NCBI GenBank assembly: GCA_038067655.1
Contig: JBBTNS010000002.1
Coordinates: 1 to 50,451 of the forward strand
Reading direction: 5' to 3'
From: Nitrospirota bacterium
Lineage (GTDB): Bacteria > Nitrospirota > Nitrospiria > SBBL01 > SBBA01
Length of the DNA stretch: 50,451 nucleotides
Below, piece after piece: positions 37,838 through 46,129 of the stretch. The translations under genes were made by a program, and so were the position numbers. Under the pieces are notes generated by a model. The model did no database searches, was not told the DNA's origin, and saw only the letters and a program-made list of their open reading frames with translations. Position 1 is the first letter of the stretch. Every line of letters starts with the position of its first letter.

Positions 37838-38394
37838 AGAATCTCACCTGAAGGGATAATATTAATTGCTTTCTCATTCCCATTCGCGTTTACAAGATTT
37901 GTGGACACTGGATCATTGCCTGGAGGAATCACCCTCCGCCCCGAACTAGAGAAGGTAACAGAAATAGGGTCAGGAAATGTAATGCCTCCTTTTAAAGTTC
38001 GAGTTAAATTCGGCATTAAGCCCCCACATAGACCGGATGGAACCTGCTGCTTTCCTGACTCCCCAATAATCGTCTCACATCCATTCCAAATACCATCCCG
38101 TGCAACCCCATTCCCTCCAGCAACACCACCATTATCAATAAAAACCCGCCATGTATTCGCCTCGGCCCCAGCAACTCCCGGAATAAGCTCTACTGTAGTG
38201 GTCTGACCCGTTGCCATCGCCGTCATTCTGGCGATCTGCAGCCCCCCCCGAATATCAAGCATATCACTTCTCAATCTATTGTTTGCCACCCACACCTGAT
38301 AATTTGGAATTGCCATCACGACAATAACAACAACAATCGCGACAACAACCATCACCTCAATTAAAGAAAAGCCGTATCTCCCGATCGTTCTCAT
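37834..38394 (-). CDS. fimT: FimT/FimU (GspH-domain) type IV minor pilin
   Basis: MRTIGRYG|FSLIEVMVVVAIVVVIVVMAIPNYQVWVANNRLRSDMLDIRGGLQIARMTAM matches the prepilin motif plus the GspH/FimT N-terminal pattern. It is the first gene of the coupled operon. Confidence 0.8.
   Translation of the reverse strand: MRTIGRYGFSLIEVMVVVAIVVVIVVMAIPNYQVWVANNRLRSDMLDIRGGLQIARMTAMATGQTTTVELIPGVAGAEANTWRVFIDNGGVAGGNGVARDGIWNGCETIIGESGKQQVPSGLCGGLMPNLTRTLKGGITFPDPISVTFSSSGRRVIPPGNDPVSTNLVNANGNEKAINIIPSGEIL
38242..38249 (-). repeat. G8 homopolymer (coding strand) in the fimT-like gene, codons about 49-51
   Basis: The plus strand has C8. The minus strand reads ATT CGG GGG GGG CTG (IRGGL). Confidence 0.9.
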
Positions 38395-38416
38395 CTAACC
38401 CTCCCGCATAAATATA

Positions 38417-38432
38417 AGCAATAAAAATGCCT
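38417..38432 (-). promoter_or_regulatory. Sigma-54 -24/-12 promoter candidate for fimT-pilV-pilW-pilX-pilY1
   Basis: The minus strand reads AGGCAT-TTTTA-TTGCT against TGGCAC-N5-TTGCW, within a 130-bp AT-rich intergenic region. The GC dinucleotide is about 24 nt upstream of ATG 38394 and the SD GGGAGGG lies between them. Confidence 0.4.
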
Positions 38433-38524
38433 AGATAAAAATATAACAATAACAATACATTACAGAATATACTCAGTTTTTTATTTTATTTTAGGAAGGA
38501 TAGGGAGCATCATTATGTAGTGGA

Positions 38525-39535
38525 TTACTTATTGTATGGCTGCCCTTTATAGGTTCCTCTCTGAGGGATCAGGGGGACAACGTCTTCAAAAAAGGGGATT
38601 CTATATTCCTCATTATACTCGATATCGAGCTGATCCACGCCCTCCCCAGTTAAACCGCGACCGGCATAGATCGCACCATGGACAGAAAAAACATCCCGCA
38701 ATGTAATCTCCCCATTCGTATAGAAAAATCCATCCAGATTAATGCGATTAAAATTGATCGAATGGGGCGTACCCCCTTCAATCTCGATAGGGCCTGAAAA
38801 ATAAAAATAGCCAGTATATGGGCCCTTGCCCACATGAATCGTCGTACCATGATTGTCAATATAGACCAATTCTCTTTTTTCCCCATTCGCAAAAAGAGAA
38901 TCAAACGACACGACCTCCACTCCATTTTCTTCAAGGAGGCCATTTTTTGAAATCGTCAAATAACGGCCAAATCGCTTCACAAATCGCTTTATTTCATGAT
39001 TCGGAAAGGGGAGAACTTTCGGGGTTTCCTTCTCTCGCTCAGAATCCTGGTCACGCTTGTCGAAAGAGAGATCCTCGAGAACCGGGGGCATCGGATTAGA
39101 GGTTAGAAACACTTCAACATTTCTTCCTAATGGATCCCTGACCCTTACCCTGCAACGATCTTTTAATTTGGAAAACTCAAATGAAAGGGTCCCTCCGATC
39201 TCCATTTCATGATCAAAGGTCAGTGGAGACTCTGTTTCGTCCCCCCCACACTTACGATTAAAAAAGGCAGGATTTGGAGAGCCTTCCGGACGGCGATACC
39301 AAGAAAGTGCGAGATCAATACCCGAATCCATGAGGGCATTTTGAGTGATCTCTTTTTGAGTATAACGCGCAATCTGCAACTGGGTTGTTCCGTTTTGCAA
39401 TACAAAAAGACCAAGGCCGCTCACCAACATAAGCCCCATCATGACGATGAAAAGGGCTGCGCCTCGCGTTGCTTGCGTCGATACGATGCTCCCGCTGATT
39501 ATCCGATATTTTTCAGGTAAATCTCGGTGTTCCAT
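38525..39535 (-). CDS. PilX/GspK-like pilus or pseudopilus assembly protein
   Basis: The N-terminus ..TRGAALFIVMMGLMLVSGLGLFVLQNGTTQLQIARY.. resembles a PilX_N/GspK-type segment. Length is about 336 aa. The ORF overlaps the upstream pilin-like gene by 37 nt. Confidence 0.55.
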   Translation of the reverse strand: MEHRDLPEKYRIISGSIVSTQATRGAALFIVMMGLMLVSGLGLFVLQNGTTQLQIARYTQKEITQNALMDSGIDLALSWYRRPEGSPNPAFFNRKCGGDETESPLTFDHEMEIGGTLSFEFSKLKDRCRVRVRDPLGRNVEVFLTSNPMPPVLEDLSFDKRDQDSEREKETPKVLPFPNHEIKRFVKRFGRYLTISKNGLLEENGVEVVSFDSLFANGEKRELVYIDNHGTTIHVGKGPYTGYFYFSGPIEIEGGTPHSINFNRINLDGFFYTNGEITLRDVFSVHGAIYAGRGLTGEGVDQLDIEYNEEYRIPFFEDVVPLIPQRGTYKGQPYNK

Positions 39536-40224
39536 TCCGAATCCTTCCGATTCAAATTTTGACCCGAAGATGATTTTATGGTTAACACTATTTTCTGAAT
39601 CTGATTTCGCTTATCCATCAGGGCGTTTTCAGGAATCAATACGTCACCTTCATCAAAATAGCGGAGTTTAAAGTTGGTGATACCTGATGCAACCTCTTGA
39701 AGTCCCCCACCCGTATCTCGGTAAAGCGTATTGGGGCCTCTTGTATTATTCTGCTTATCACAAAGTGCTCGGCCCGACTTCCCGACCCACTCGTATCGAA
39801 CGTCCTCATTGTTGTCATTGTTTTTATTAAACGTGCCGCTACTGTCCACATCCACCATGAAGTGAAAAACTGTTTCGGATACCTCCATAATTGGCTCAGC
39901 ATTTCTTTGTCCGCGTTGACACGCCACTGGAACACGACCATTTGTTTGAGGACCAAGAAAAGTGGCAGTGGTCGTGGATAGTCCCGTATTTTGAACTTCG
40001 TTTCTGAAAAGAGAGAGTGCAACATGCGACTGTTGATGTGTTTCTGCAATCGCAAGCTGTGATTCATAGTCACGAGAGAAAAAGGTGAGCAACTGGTAAA
40101 AAGCCGTCAGGACAACCACCATGATGACGGAAGCGATCATGACCTCAATGAGTGTGAAACCGGTGCTGCGGGTCGAGCATCGCGTGCGGATACTCACAGG
40201 GCACGTTTCCATCGGAATTTTCAT
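39499..40224 (-). CDS. PilW/GspJ-like prepilin-type protein with an unusually long leader
   Basis: ..RCSTRSTG|FTLIEVMIASVIMVVVLTAFYQLL carries the prepilin cleavage/methylation motif, preceded by a 22-aa leader counted from ATG 40224. The gene begins 54 nt after the rpsM stop. Confidence 0.7.
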   Translation of the reverse strand: MKIPMETCPVSIRTRCSTRSTGFTLIEVMIASVIMVVVLTAFYQLLTFFSRDYESQLAIAETHQQSHVALSLFRNEVQNTGLSTTTATFLGPQTNGRVPVACQRGQRNAEPIMEVSETVFHFMVDVDSSGTFNKNNDNNEDVRYEWVGKSGRALCDKQNNTRGPNTLYRDTGGGLQEVASGITNFKLRYFDEGDVLIPENALMDKRNQIQKIVLTIKSSSGQNLNRKDSEWNTEIYLKNIG

Positions 40225-40278
40225 TTCCCCCCGATATCTGTGGTTTTCGCGCGAAGCCTCACGCCGTCCGCAGGACCC

Positions 40279-40656
40279 CTATTTTTTAGCGTCTTTTTTG
40301 CGAATCGTATGTTTCTTGGGGCCTTTGCGCGTTCTGGCATTGGTACGGGTCTGCTGCCCGCGCACAGGGAGACCGCGCCGATGACGAATTCCCCTGTAAC
40401 TACCAATATCCATAAGCCGTTTAATGTTCATCGAGATTTCACGGCGAAGATCTCCTTCCACGCGAGTTCCCTTCTCAATCGCCTCACGAATGCGTAAGAC
40501 TTCCTCTTCCTTGAGATTCTTTACACGGGTATTTACATCAACATCGGCCTCTTTTAATATCCGAGCAGACGAGGGACGTCCGATACCATAAATATAAGTT
40601 AATCCGACCTCTACTCTTTTTTCGCGGGGTAAATCCACCCCAGCAATTCGTGCCAT
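40279..40656 (-). CDS. rpsM: 30S ribosomal protein S13
   Basis: [26 protein letters not shown]....RVKNL.EEE...IR.......[44 protein letters not shown]. Confidence 0.97.
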   Translation of the reverse strand: MARIAGVDLPREKRVEVGLTYIYGIGRPSSARILKEADVDVNTRVKNLKEEEVLRIREAIEKGTRVEGDLRREISMNIKRLMDIGSYRGIRHRRGLPVRGQQTRTNARTRKGPKKHTIRKKDAKK

Positions 40657-40721
40657 TTTTGTTATCTCCTGAATCTATCTTGAAAATAAATCTATTATAC
40701 AAAACTGCCAAATGCGAAGAT

Positions 40722-40835
40722 TTACCCTTGCCGTTGTTTATGACGCGGATTTTTACAAATAATCCGAAGCACCCCTTTTCGACGGATCATCTTACACTTC
40801 GCACAAATCCCTTTTACTGACGAACGAACTTTCAC
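40722..40835 (-). CDS. rpmJ: 50S ribosomal protein L36 (37 aa, GTG start; not in the ORF track)
   Basis: Hand translation gives [46 protein letters not shown] lies upstream. The gene sits between infA and rpsM, as in most bacteria. Confidence 0.92.
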   Translation of the reverse strand: MKVRSSVKGICAKCKMIRRKGVLRIICKNPRHKQRQG

Positions 40836-40846
40836 CTTTTTCTCCC

Positions 40847-41080
40847 TTATACAATCTTTTCTCGGCCGAACCGATATGTAATCCGCCCTTTGGTTAAATC
40901 ATACGGAGATAACTCAATCTTGACCTTATCTCCAGGAACGATCTTGATATAGTGCATGCGGATTTTACCTGAAATATGGGCAAGAACACAATGCCCATTT
41001 TCCAATGCAACACGAAACATCGCATTCGGCAATGTTTCCAAAATCTTCCCCTCTGTCTCTATTACGTCTTCTTTTGCCAT
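40847..41080 (-). CDS. infA: Translation initiation factor IF-1
   Basis: [70 protein letters not shown]. Confidence 0.96.
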   Translation of the reverse strand: MAKEDVIETEGKILETLPNAMFRVALENGHCVLAHISGKIRMHYIKIVPGDKVKIELSPYDLTKGRITYRFGREKIV

Positions 41081-41097
41081 AAAAATAATATTCTCAA

Positions 41098-41847
41098 TCA
41101 GACTTTGGATAAAATCACAGGCCCATCCTTCGTGATCGAAATCGTATGCTCAAAATGGGCTGATAAAGAATGATCGACCGTTACGGCCGTCCATCCATCC
41201 GACAAAACACGGACAGCACTCTTCCCCATATTCACCATCGGCTCAATGGCCAACGTCATTCCCTCTTTCAGTCTCGGCCCTTTTCCAGGCGGGCCAAAAT
41301 TAGGAACCTGCGGATCTTCATGAAGATTCCGGCCGATCCCATGCCCCACAAAAGCCGTCACCAAAGAAAACCCAGCGGCCTCTGCACAAGTCTGCACCGC
41401 ATTCGAAATATTCGAAAGACGCTGCCCCACCTTCGCCTCAGCAATCCCTGCATAAAGAGAAGCCTCTGTCACTTCAATTAACGTACGGGTCTCGGCAGGA
41501 AGCGTCCCAATCCCAACGGTCAGCGCGGCATCGCCATAAAAATCTTGGTAGATGACACCCAAGTCTAACCCAACAATATCTCCCTCTTCAACCACCCGTT
41601 TGGACGACGGAATCCCGTGAACCACTTCATCGTTGATCGAAATACAAAGTGTCGCCGGAAAATTGTGATACCCCTTAAATGCAGGGATACCGCCCCGTTT
41701 TCTAATCCAGCTCTCCGCGAAAGCGTCTAATTCTTTTGTGGTCATCCCGGCCTTGATATACTGCTTCAGTCCGGACAAAACCTCCGCCACAATTTGACTG
41801 GCGTGAGCAATTTTTGCAATCTCGTCCGCAGATTTTAATATAATCAT
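41098..41847 (-). CDS. map: Methionine aminopeptidase type I
   Basis: ..[25 protein letters not shown]...[10 protein letters not shown]...GDAA.T...G...[18 protein letters not shown]...GMTLAIEPM...EHTI.ITKDGP. The start is either ATG 41847 or the GTG at 41853 used by the track. Confidence 0.93.
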   Translation of the reverse strand: MIILKSADEIAKIAHASQIVAEVLSGLKQYIKAGMTTKELDAFAESWIRKRGGIPAFKGYHNFPATLCISINDEVVHGIPSSKRVVEEGDIVGLDLGVIYQDFYGDAALTVGIGTLPAETRTLIEVTEASLYAGIAEAKVGQRLSNISNAVQTCAEAAGFSLVTAFVGHGIGRNLHEDPQVPNFGPPGKGPRLKEGMTLAIEPMVNMGKSAVRVLSDGWTAVTVDHSLSAHFEHTISITKDGPVILSKV

Positions 41848-41933
41848 ACCCACTGATCATTACGTCATCAAACATACGAAGGTGCATGCCCAAAAATATA
41901 CTATTTCAACAGACTCGATAGTGAAGCGTCGCG

Positions 41934-42578
41934 TTACGCCGTACGCAGCACCGCTGCCATTACACGCTGCTCTACCACCTCGAAAGCACCATTGGCATCA
42001 ATATGAGAAAGCAATCTTTCCTTCTCATAATACATAATGAGCGGAGCCGTCTCTTTTTTATAGACAGACAGGCGTTCCAAAACCGTATCAGAATGATCAT
42101 CTTTTCTTTGAATCAGGCCGCCCCCGCAAGTGTCGCAAAGCGATTCCTTCTTCGGAGGACGATTTACTAAATGGTATATTTCATTACATTTTGGACAGGT
42201 TCGACGTCCCGCAAGCCGTAGAACCAACCCTGACTCATTCATTTCAAAAAATAAAACGCGATCAACCTTCCCGGATTCCCCCATATTGGACAAAGCATCG
42301 GCTTGTTCATTGGTTCTAGGAAAGCCGTCTAAGATAAAGCCCTCCCGCATATCCACATCTGACAGCCTGGATTTAATAATCCGAATTACAAGCTCATCCG
42401 GAACAAGCTTTCCAGAATCAACATACGACTTGGCCTCTTTTCCATTCGCATCCCCCTTGGAAATAGCGACACGCAGGATATCACCCGTCGCTACATGAGG
42501 AATACTTAGTTCTTGTGAAAGCCGTTTTGCCTGTGTTCCTTTTCCAACCCCGGGCGGCCCTAAAAAGATGAGCCTCAT
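41934..42578 (-). CDS. adk: Adenylate kinase with a Zn-type lid (CPKC...CDTC)
   Basis: MRLIFLGPPGVGKGTQAKRLS...ATGDILR...G.LVPDE......GFILDGFPRT..QA. Confidence 0.96.
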   Translation of the reverse strand: MRLIFLGPPGVGKGTQAKRLSQELSIPHVATGDILRVAISKGDANGKEAKSYVDSGKLVPDELVIRIIKSRLSDVDMREGFILDGFPRTNEQADALSNMGESGKVDRVLFFEMNESGLVLRLAGRRTCPKCNEIYHLVNRPPKKESLCDTCGGGLIQRKDDHSDTVLERLSVYKKETAPLIMYYEKERLLSHIDANGAFEVVEQRVMAAVLRTA

Positions 42579-43897
42579 CAGGCGCCTGCACCTCTCCCGG
42601 TAATCCGGCCTTTCTTTAAAAATCCCTCATAATTGCGCGTTAACATTTGTGTCTCAATCTGTTGCGCCGTATCTAAACCAACGCCAATCACGATCAAAAG
42701 CGACGTTCCCCCGAAAAAGAAGGGAACCCCAAACCGGTAAATCAAAATTTCCGGCAAGACGGCAACCAAGGCCAAATAGCATGCCCCCACAAGCGTAATA
42801 CGGGTTAACACACGGTAAATATAATCGGAAGTATTGCCGCCGGGACGAATCCCCGGAATAAATCCGCCATACTTTTTCATATTATCGGCCATATCAACCG
42901 GATTTAAAACAACCGCCGTGTAGAAAAATGCAAAAAAGACAATCAACAAAGTGTATAGTATCGAATGAAAAAATGTGCCGGGAGACAAATAAGCGCTCAC
43001 AGACTGAACCCACGGTACTGTAATAAAACCCGCTAATGTCGCTGGAAACGCAATGAGCGAGGAAGCAAAAATCGGAGGAATCACCCCAGCCGTATTAATT
43101 TTTAAAGGGATATGGGTGGACTGCCCACCATACACCTTTCGTCCCACAACACGACGCGCATATTGAACAGGAATCTTCCTTCGACCCGATTCTAAAAAGA
43201 CAACTGCGACGGTCACCGCAACCATCAGGAATAAAAGAAAAGTAATAAAGAAAATACTCACCTCACCCGCTTGGTAAAGTTGGTAGGTGCTGAAAATCGC
43301 GGACGGAATGCCCGCAACAATTCCCGCAAAAATGATCAATGAAATCCCGTTACCAATCCCCCGTTCTGTAATCTGCTCTCCGAGCCACATCAAGAAGGCA
43401 GTCCCCGCTGTAATGGTAATCATGGTCATTATTCGAAACCGCCAGCCGGGGTTTTGCACAAAAATACCCTCATTCATCCCTTCTAGACCGATAGCAATCC
43501 CCATTGCCTGAATGAGTCCAATACCGATGGTTGCAAGGCGGGTATATTGCGTAATCTTCTTTCGGCCCTGCTCCCCTTCTTTTGCTAATTTCGAGAGTGT
43601 AGGAACCACAACCGTGAGAAGCTGCATAATAATAGATGCAGAGATATAGGGCATAATGCCGAGGGAGAAAATCGAAAGACGAGAAAGTGCACCGCCGGAA
43701 AAGATATCTAAGAACCCCATAAGGGGCCCACCCTTCTGAGTTAAAAACTCTCGAAGCGCGTCGTTATTCACCCCAGGCGTTGGAACATGCGCTCCCACTC
43801 TAAAAACAGCCAATAGGGCAGCGGTCAATAAAATCCGTTGTCGTAGCTCGACAATTTTGAAGATATTGCGAATACTGGTTAAGAATCGCTCAAACAC
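42578..43897 (-). CDS. secY: Preprotein translocase subunit SecY
   Basis: 439 aa and multi-TM, with ..ELRQRILLTAALLAVFRVGAHVPTPGV.., ..SIFSLGIMPYISASIIMQLL.. and ..GGFIPGIRPG..T..YI. Confidence 0.97.
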   Translation of the reverse strand: MFERFLTSIRNIFKIVELRQRILLTAALLAVFRVGAHVPTPGVNNDALREFLTQKGGPLMGFLDIFSGGALSRLSIFSLGIMPYISASIIMQLLTVVVPTLSKLAKEGEQGRKKITQYTRLATIGIGLIQAMGIAIGLEGMNEGIFVQNPGWRFRIMTMITITAGTAFLMWLGEQITERGIGNGISLIIFAGIVAGIPSAIFSTYQLYQAGEVSIFFITFLLFLMVAVTVAVVFLESGRRKIPVQYARRVVGRKVYGGQSTHIPLKINTAGVIPPIFASSLIAFPATLAGFITVPWVQSVSAYLSPGTFFHSILYTLLIVFFAFFYTAVVLNPVDMADNMKKYGGFIPGIRPGGNTSDYIYRVLTRITLVGACYLALVAVLPEILIYRFGVPFFFGGTSLLIVIGVGLDTAQQIETQMLTRNYEGFLKKGRITGRGAGA

Positions 43898-43900
43898 AAT

Positions 43901-44344
43901 TTAAGACGCAGATAAGCGCTCCACTTTTCCACCAGCCGATTCAATTTTTGCAACGGCCTGCAGGCTAAATTTATGGGCGCAAACAATAAACGGCTTTGTG
44001 AGCGTTCCTTCTGCTAAAATCTTAACTTCGCCCTTTTTAATGATACCCGTTTCCTCAAGCATCTTTGGATTAATAACGGTATTTGCGTCAAAGCGCTCCA
44101 ACTGTTCCAGATTCACAATTGCATATTCTTTCCGAAAAATGGAACGGAAACCCCGCTTTGGAACACGTCGAATCAGCGGCTGTTGGCCCCCTTCAAATCC
44201 AGGCGGCTTGACACCCCCCGATCTTGCTTTCTGCCCCTTATGCCCCTTCGTAGAGGTCTTCCCGTGACCGGAACCAGGCCCACGTCCAATTCGCTTTTCT
44301 TTTTTTCTCGCTCCCTCTCCCGGATAGAGCTCATTAATTTTCAC
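43901..44344 (-). CDS. rplO: 50S ribosomal protein L15
   Basis: [44 protein letters not shown]...[16 protein letters not shown]. Confidence 0.96.
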   Translation of the reverse strand: MKINELYPGEGARKKEKRIGRGPGSGHGKTSTKGHKGQKARSGGVKPPGFEGGQQPLIRRVPKRGFRSIFRKEYAIVNLEQLERFDANTVINPKMLEETGIIKKGEVKILAEGTLTKPFIVCAHKFSLQAVAKIESAGGKVERLSAS

Positions 44345-44525
44345 TCGATACCTCCACGACAGAAACTAAATGACAGATCTTATGGGCCATTCCCCGAATC
44401 TCCGGCGTATCCAGAAGAAGAACCGTTTTATTCATTTTTGTTAGCCCTAAACCTAAAGCAACCAACCGATGCTTTTTTGGCCTACCAATATAGCTTCTTT
44501 TCAATGTAATAGAAAGCTGTTTCAT
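44334..44525 (-). CDS. rpmD: 50S ribosomal protein L30
   Basis: [61 protein letters not shown] 44525 has a GGAGA RBS, so I do not accept the 15-aa N-terminal extension in the track. Confidence 0.92.
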   Translation of the reverse strand: MKQLSITLKRSYIGRPKKHRLVALGLGLTKMNKTVLLLDTPEIRGMAHKICHLVSVVEVSSEN

Positions 44526-44572
44526 AATATCTCCGAAAGTTAGGCCTAAAAAGACCGATCCTAATGGCACCC

Positions 44573-45076
44573 CTAATCTAGCGGAACTGCAGGGGTATGC
44601 CTCATTTGTATTGCCTCTTCACGCTGTTTTAATTGAGATAGCCCATGCAATGTGGCACGAACGACGTTACAAGGATTGCCACTTCCCATGGATTTACACA
44701 ATATATTTGTAATGCCCGCCACCTCCATCACCGCACGCATTGCCCCACCCGCGACAATCCCTGTCCCAGCAGAGGCCGGCTTTAATAACACATCTTCTGC
44801 ACCATAATGACCGATAACTTGAAAAGGAATCGTATTAGTCATCTTTGGAAGGGTGATTAAATGTTTCTTTGCGTTTTCGATTGCTTTACGAATCGCTTCC
44901 GGAACTTCAGCGGCCTTTCCTTTTCCCATTCCGACCTTCTCTTTTTGATCCCCAACAACCACAATCGCTGCAAATGAAAATCGCTTTCCACCCTTAACCG
45001 TCTTAGAACAACGATTAATAAAAACGATCTTATCTTTTAGACCTTGGGCATCCGGTTCTGACTTTTTCACATACAT
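44573..45076 (-). CDS. rpsE: 30S ribosomal protein S5
   Basis: ..[39 protein letters not shown]...AKK.... Confidence 0.96.
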   Translation of the reverse strand: MYVKKSEPDAQGLKDKIVFINRCSKTVKGGKRFSFAAIVVVGDQKEKVGMGKGKAAEVPEAIRKAIENAKKHLITLPKMTNTIPFQVIGHYGAEDVLLKPASAGTGIVAGGAMRAVMEVAGITNILCKSMGSGNPCNVVRATLHGLSQLKQREEAIQMRHTPAVPLD

Positions 45077-45109
45077 ACTACCGATTCCTCACTTTGATAT
45101 AAAAATCAA

Positions 45110-45469
45110 CTAGAAAAGAAGGCCGCCAGCACGGGCAGCCTCAGCAAGTGCCTTGACTCTTCCGTGGTACAGATAGCCACCCCGATCAAAAACAATACTC
45201 TTAATATTCGCAGCCTGAGCTAAAGCGGCCACCTTCTCTCCCACGGCTTTCGCCTTATCCGACTTGGAGGAATCTGCAGGCAATCCCTCTTGATTCAACG
45301 AGGAAAAAGAAACTAGCGTTTTTCCAGAAAGATCGTCAATAACCTGTGCATAAACATGATCCAAGCTGCGATAAACAGATAGACGCGGCCGCTCTGGTGT
45401 ACCGAAAATCTTTTTACGGACCCTTTTATGCTTTCGTTCTCTGGCTAAAACTCTTTTTGCTGTCTTCAT
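45110..45469 (-). CDS. rplR: 50S ribosomal protein L18
   Basis: ..[35 protein letters not shown]........[24 protein letters not shown]. Confidence 0.96.
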   Translation of the reverse strand: MKTAKRVLARERKHKRVRKKIFGTPERPRLSVYRSLDHVYAQVIDDLSGKTLVSFSSLNQEGLPADSSKSDKAKAVGEKVAALAQAANIKSIVFDRGGYLYHGRVKALAEAARAGGLLF

Positions 45470-45470
45470 A

Positions 45471-46010
45471 TTATTTCTTTCCGGACTTCCCTTCTTTTCT
45501 TATAATCTGCTCATCTTTATACTTAATACCTTTGCCTTTGTAAGGCTCCGGTTTTTTGAGCGCACGTATCTTGGAGGCAACCTGCCCCACAAGGTACTTA
45601 TCAAACCCTTTGATCGAGACAACAGTCTGCTTTTCAACAGAGGCATCAATCCCCTGTGGCAATGGATAGACAATCGGGTGAGAAAAACCCAAATTCAATG
45701 TTAAATTGCGTCCAGCAACAGCGGCCTTGAATCCAACGCCGGTAATTTCCAAAATCTTCTGATAGCCTTCCGTTGTTCCGACAACCGCATTATAGATTTC
45801 GTTTCGAATGAGACCATGTAACGCACGATCATCCCGATTATCTGTTGCCCGACTCACAGAAATCTCCTTGGGTGAAATCGCAACGGAGATAGACGGCGGC
45901 AGAGGAAGATTACTTTCTCCCTTAGGCCCCTTCACAAAAACCTTCTGATCACGAACGCTAACGGCAACCCCAGCTGGAACCACAATAACTTTTCGACCAA
46001 CACGTGACAT
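45471..46010 (-). CDS. rplF: 50S ribosomal protein L6
   Basis: [16 protein letters not shown]......V.VKGPKGE...........GYQK.LEI.GVGFKA.......L.L.LGFSHP....P.GI..........I.G.DK..VGQ.A.KIR....[10 protein letters not shown]. Confidence 0.96.
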   Translation of the reverse strand: MSRVGRKVIVVPAGVAVSVRDQKVFVKGPKGESNLPLPPSISVAISPKEISVSRATDNRDDRALHGLIRNEIYNAVVGTTEGYQKILEITGVGFKAAVAGRNLTLNLGFSHPIVYPLPQGIDASVEKQTVVSIKGFDKYLVGQVASKIRALKKPEPYKGKGIKYKDEQIIRKEGKSGKK

Positions 46011-46048
46011 ATTTAGATCCTCACCTTCACCAATTTTCCAAAGTCCTG

Positions 46049-46078
46049 ATTATAATGAATTAAGACGGATTTTGTCAA
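46049..46078 (-). promoter_or_regulatory. Strong sigma-70 promoter directly upstream of rplF
   Basis: The minus strand reads TTGACA-N18-TATAAT. Both hexamers are perfect consensus. It lies about 38 nt upstream of the rplF ATG, in the 119-bp gap after the OmpA-domain gene. Confidence 0.6.
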
Positions 46079-46129
46079 GGAAAAACTGTTTTCTCTGCCA
46101 GATTAGGTCTGTATCCTGAGCTTCTACAC

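Noticed and set aside
38650-40073. Alternative-frame minus-strand ORFs (38650..38943, 39220..39414, 39636..40073) and plus-strand ORFs within the pilin-like genes.
   Set aside because: They are fully embedded in better-supported ORFs with recognisable prepilin or PilX_N motifs, and they have no motifs of their own.
44526-44570. 15-aa extension of rpmD in the track.
   Set aside because: ATG 44525 with a GGAGA RBS gives a canonical 63-aa L30. The extension has no homology features.
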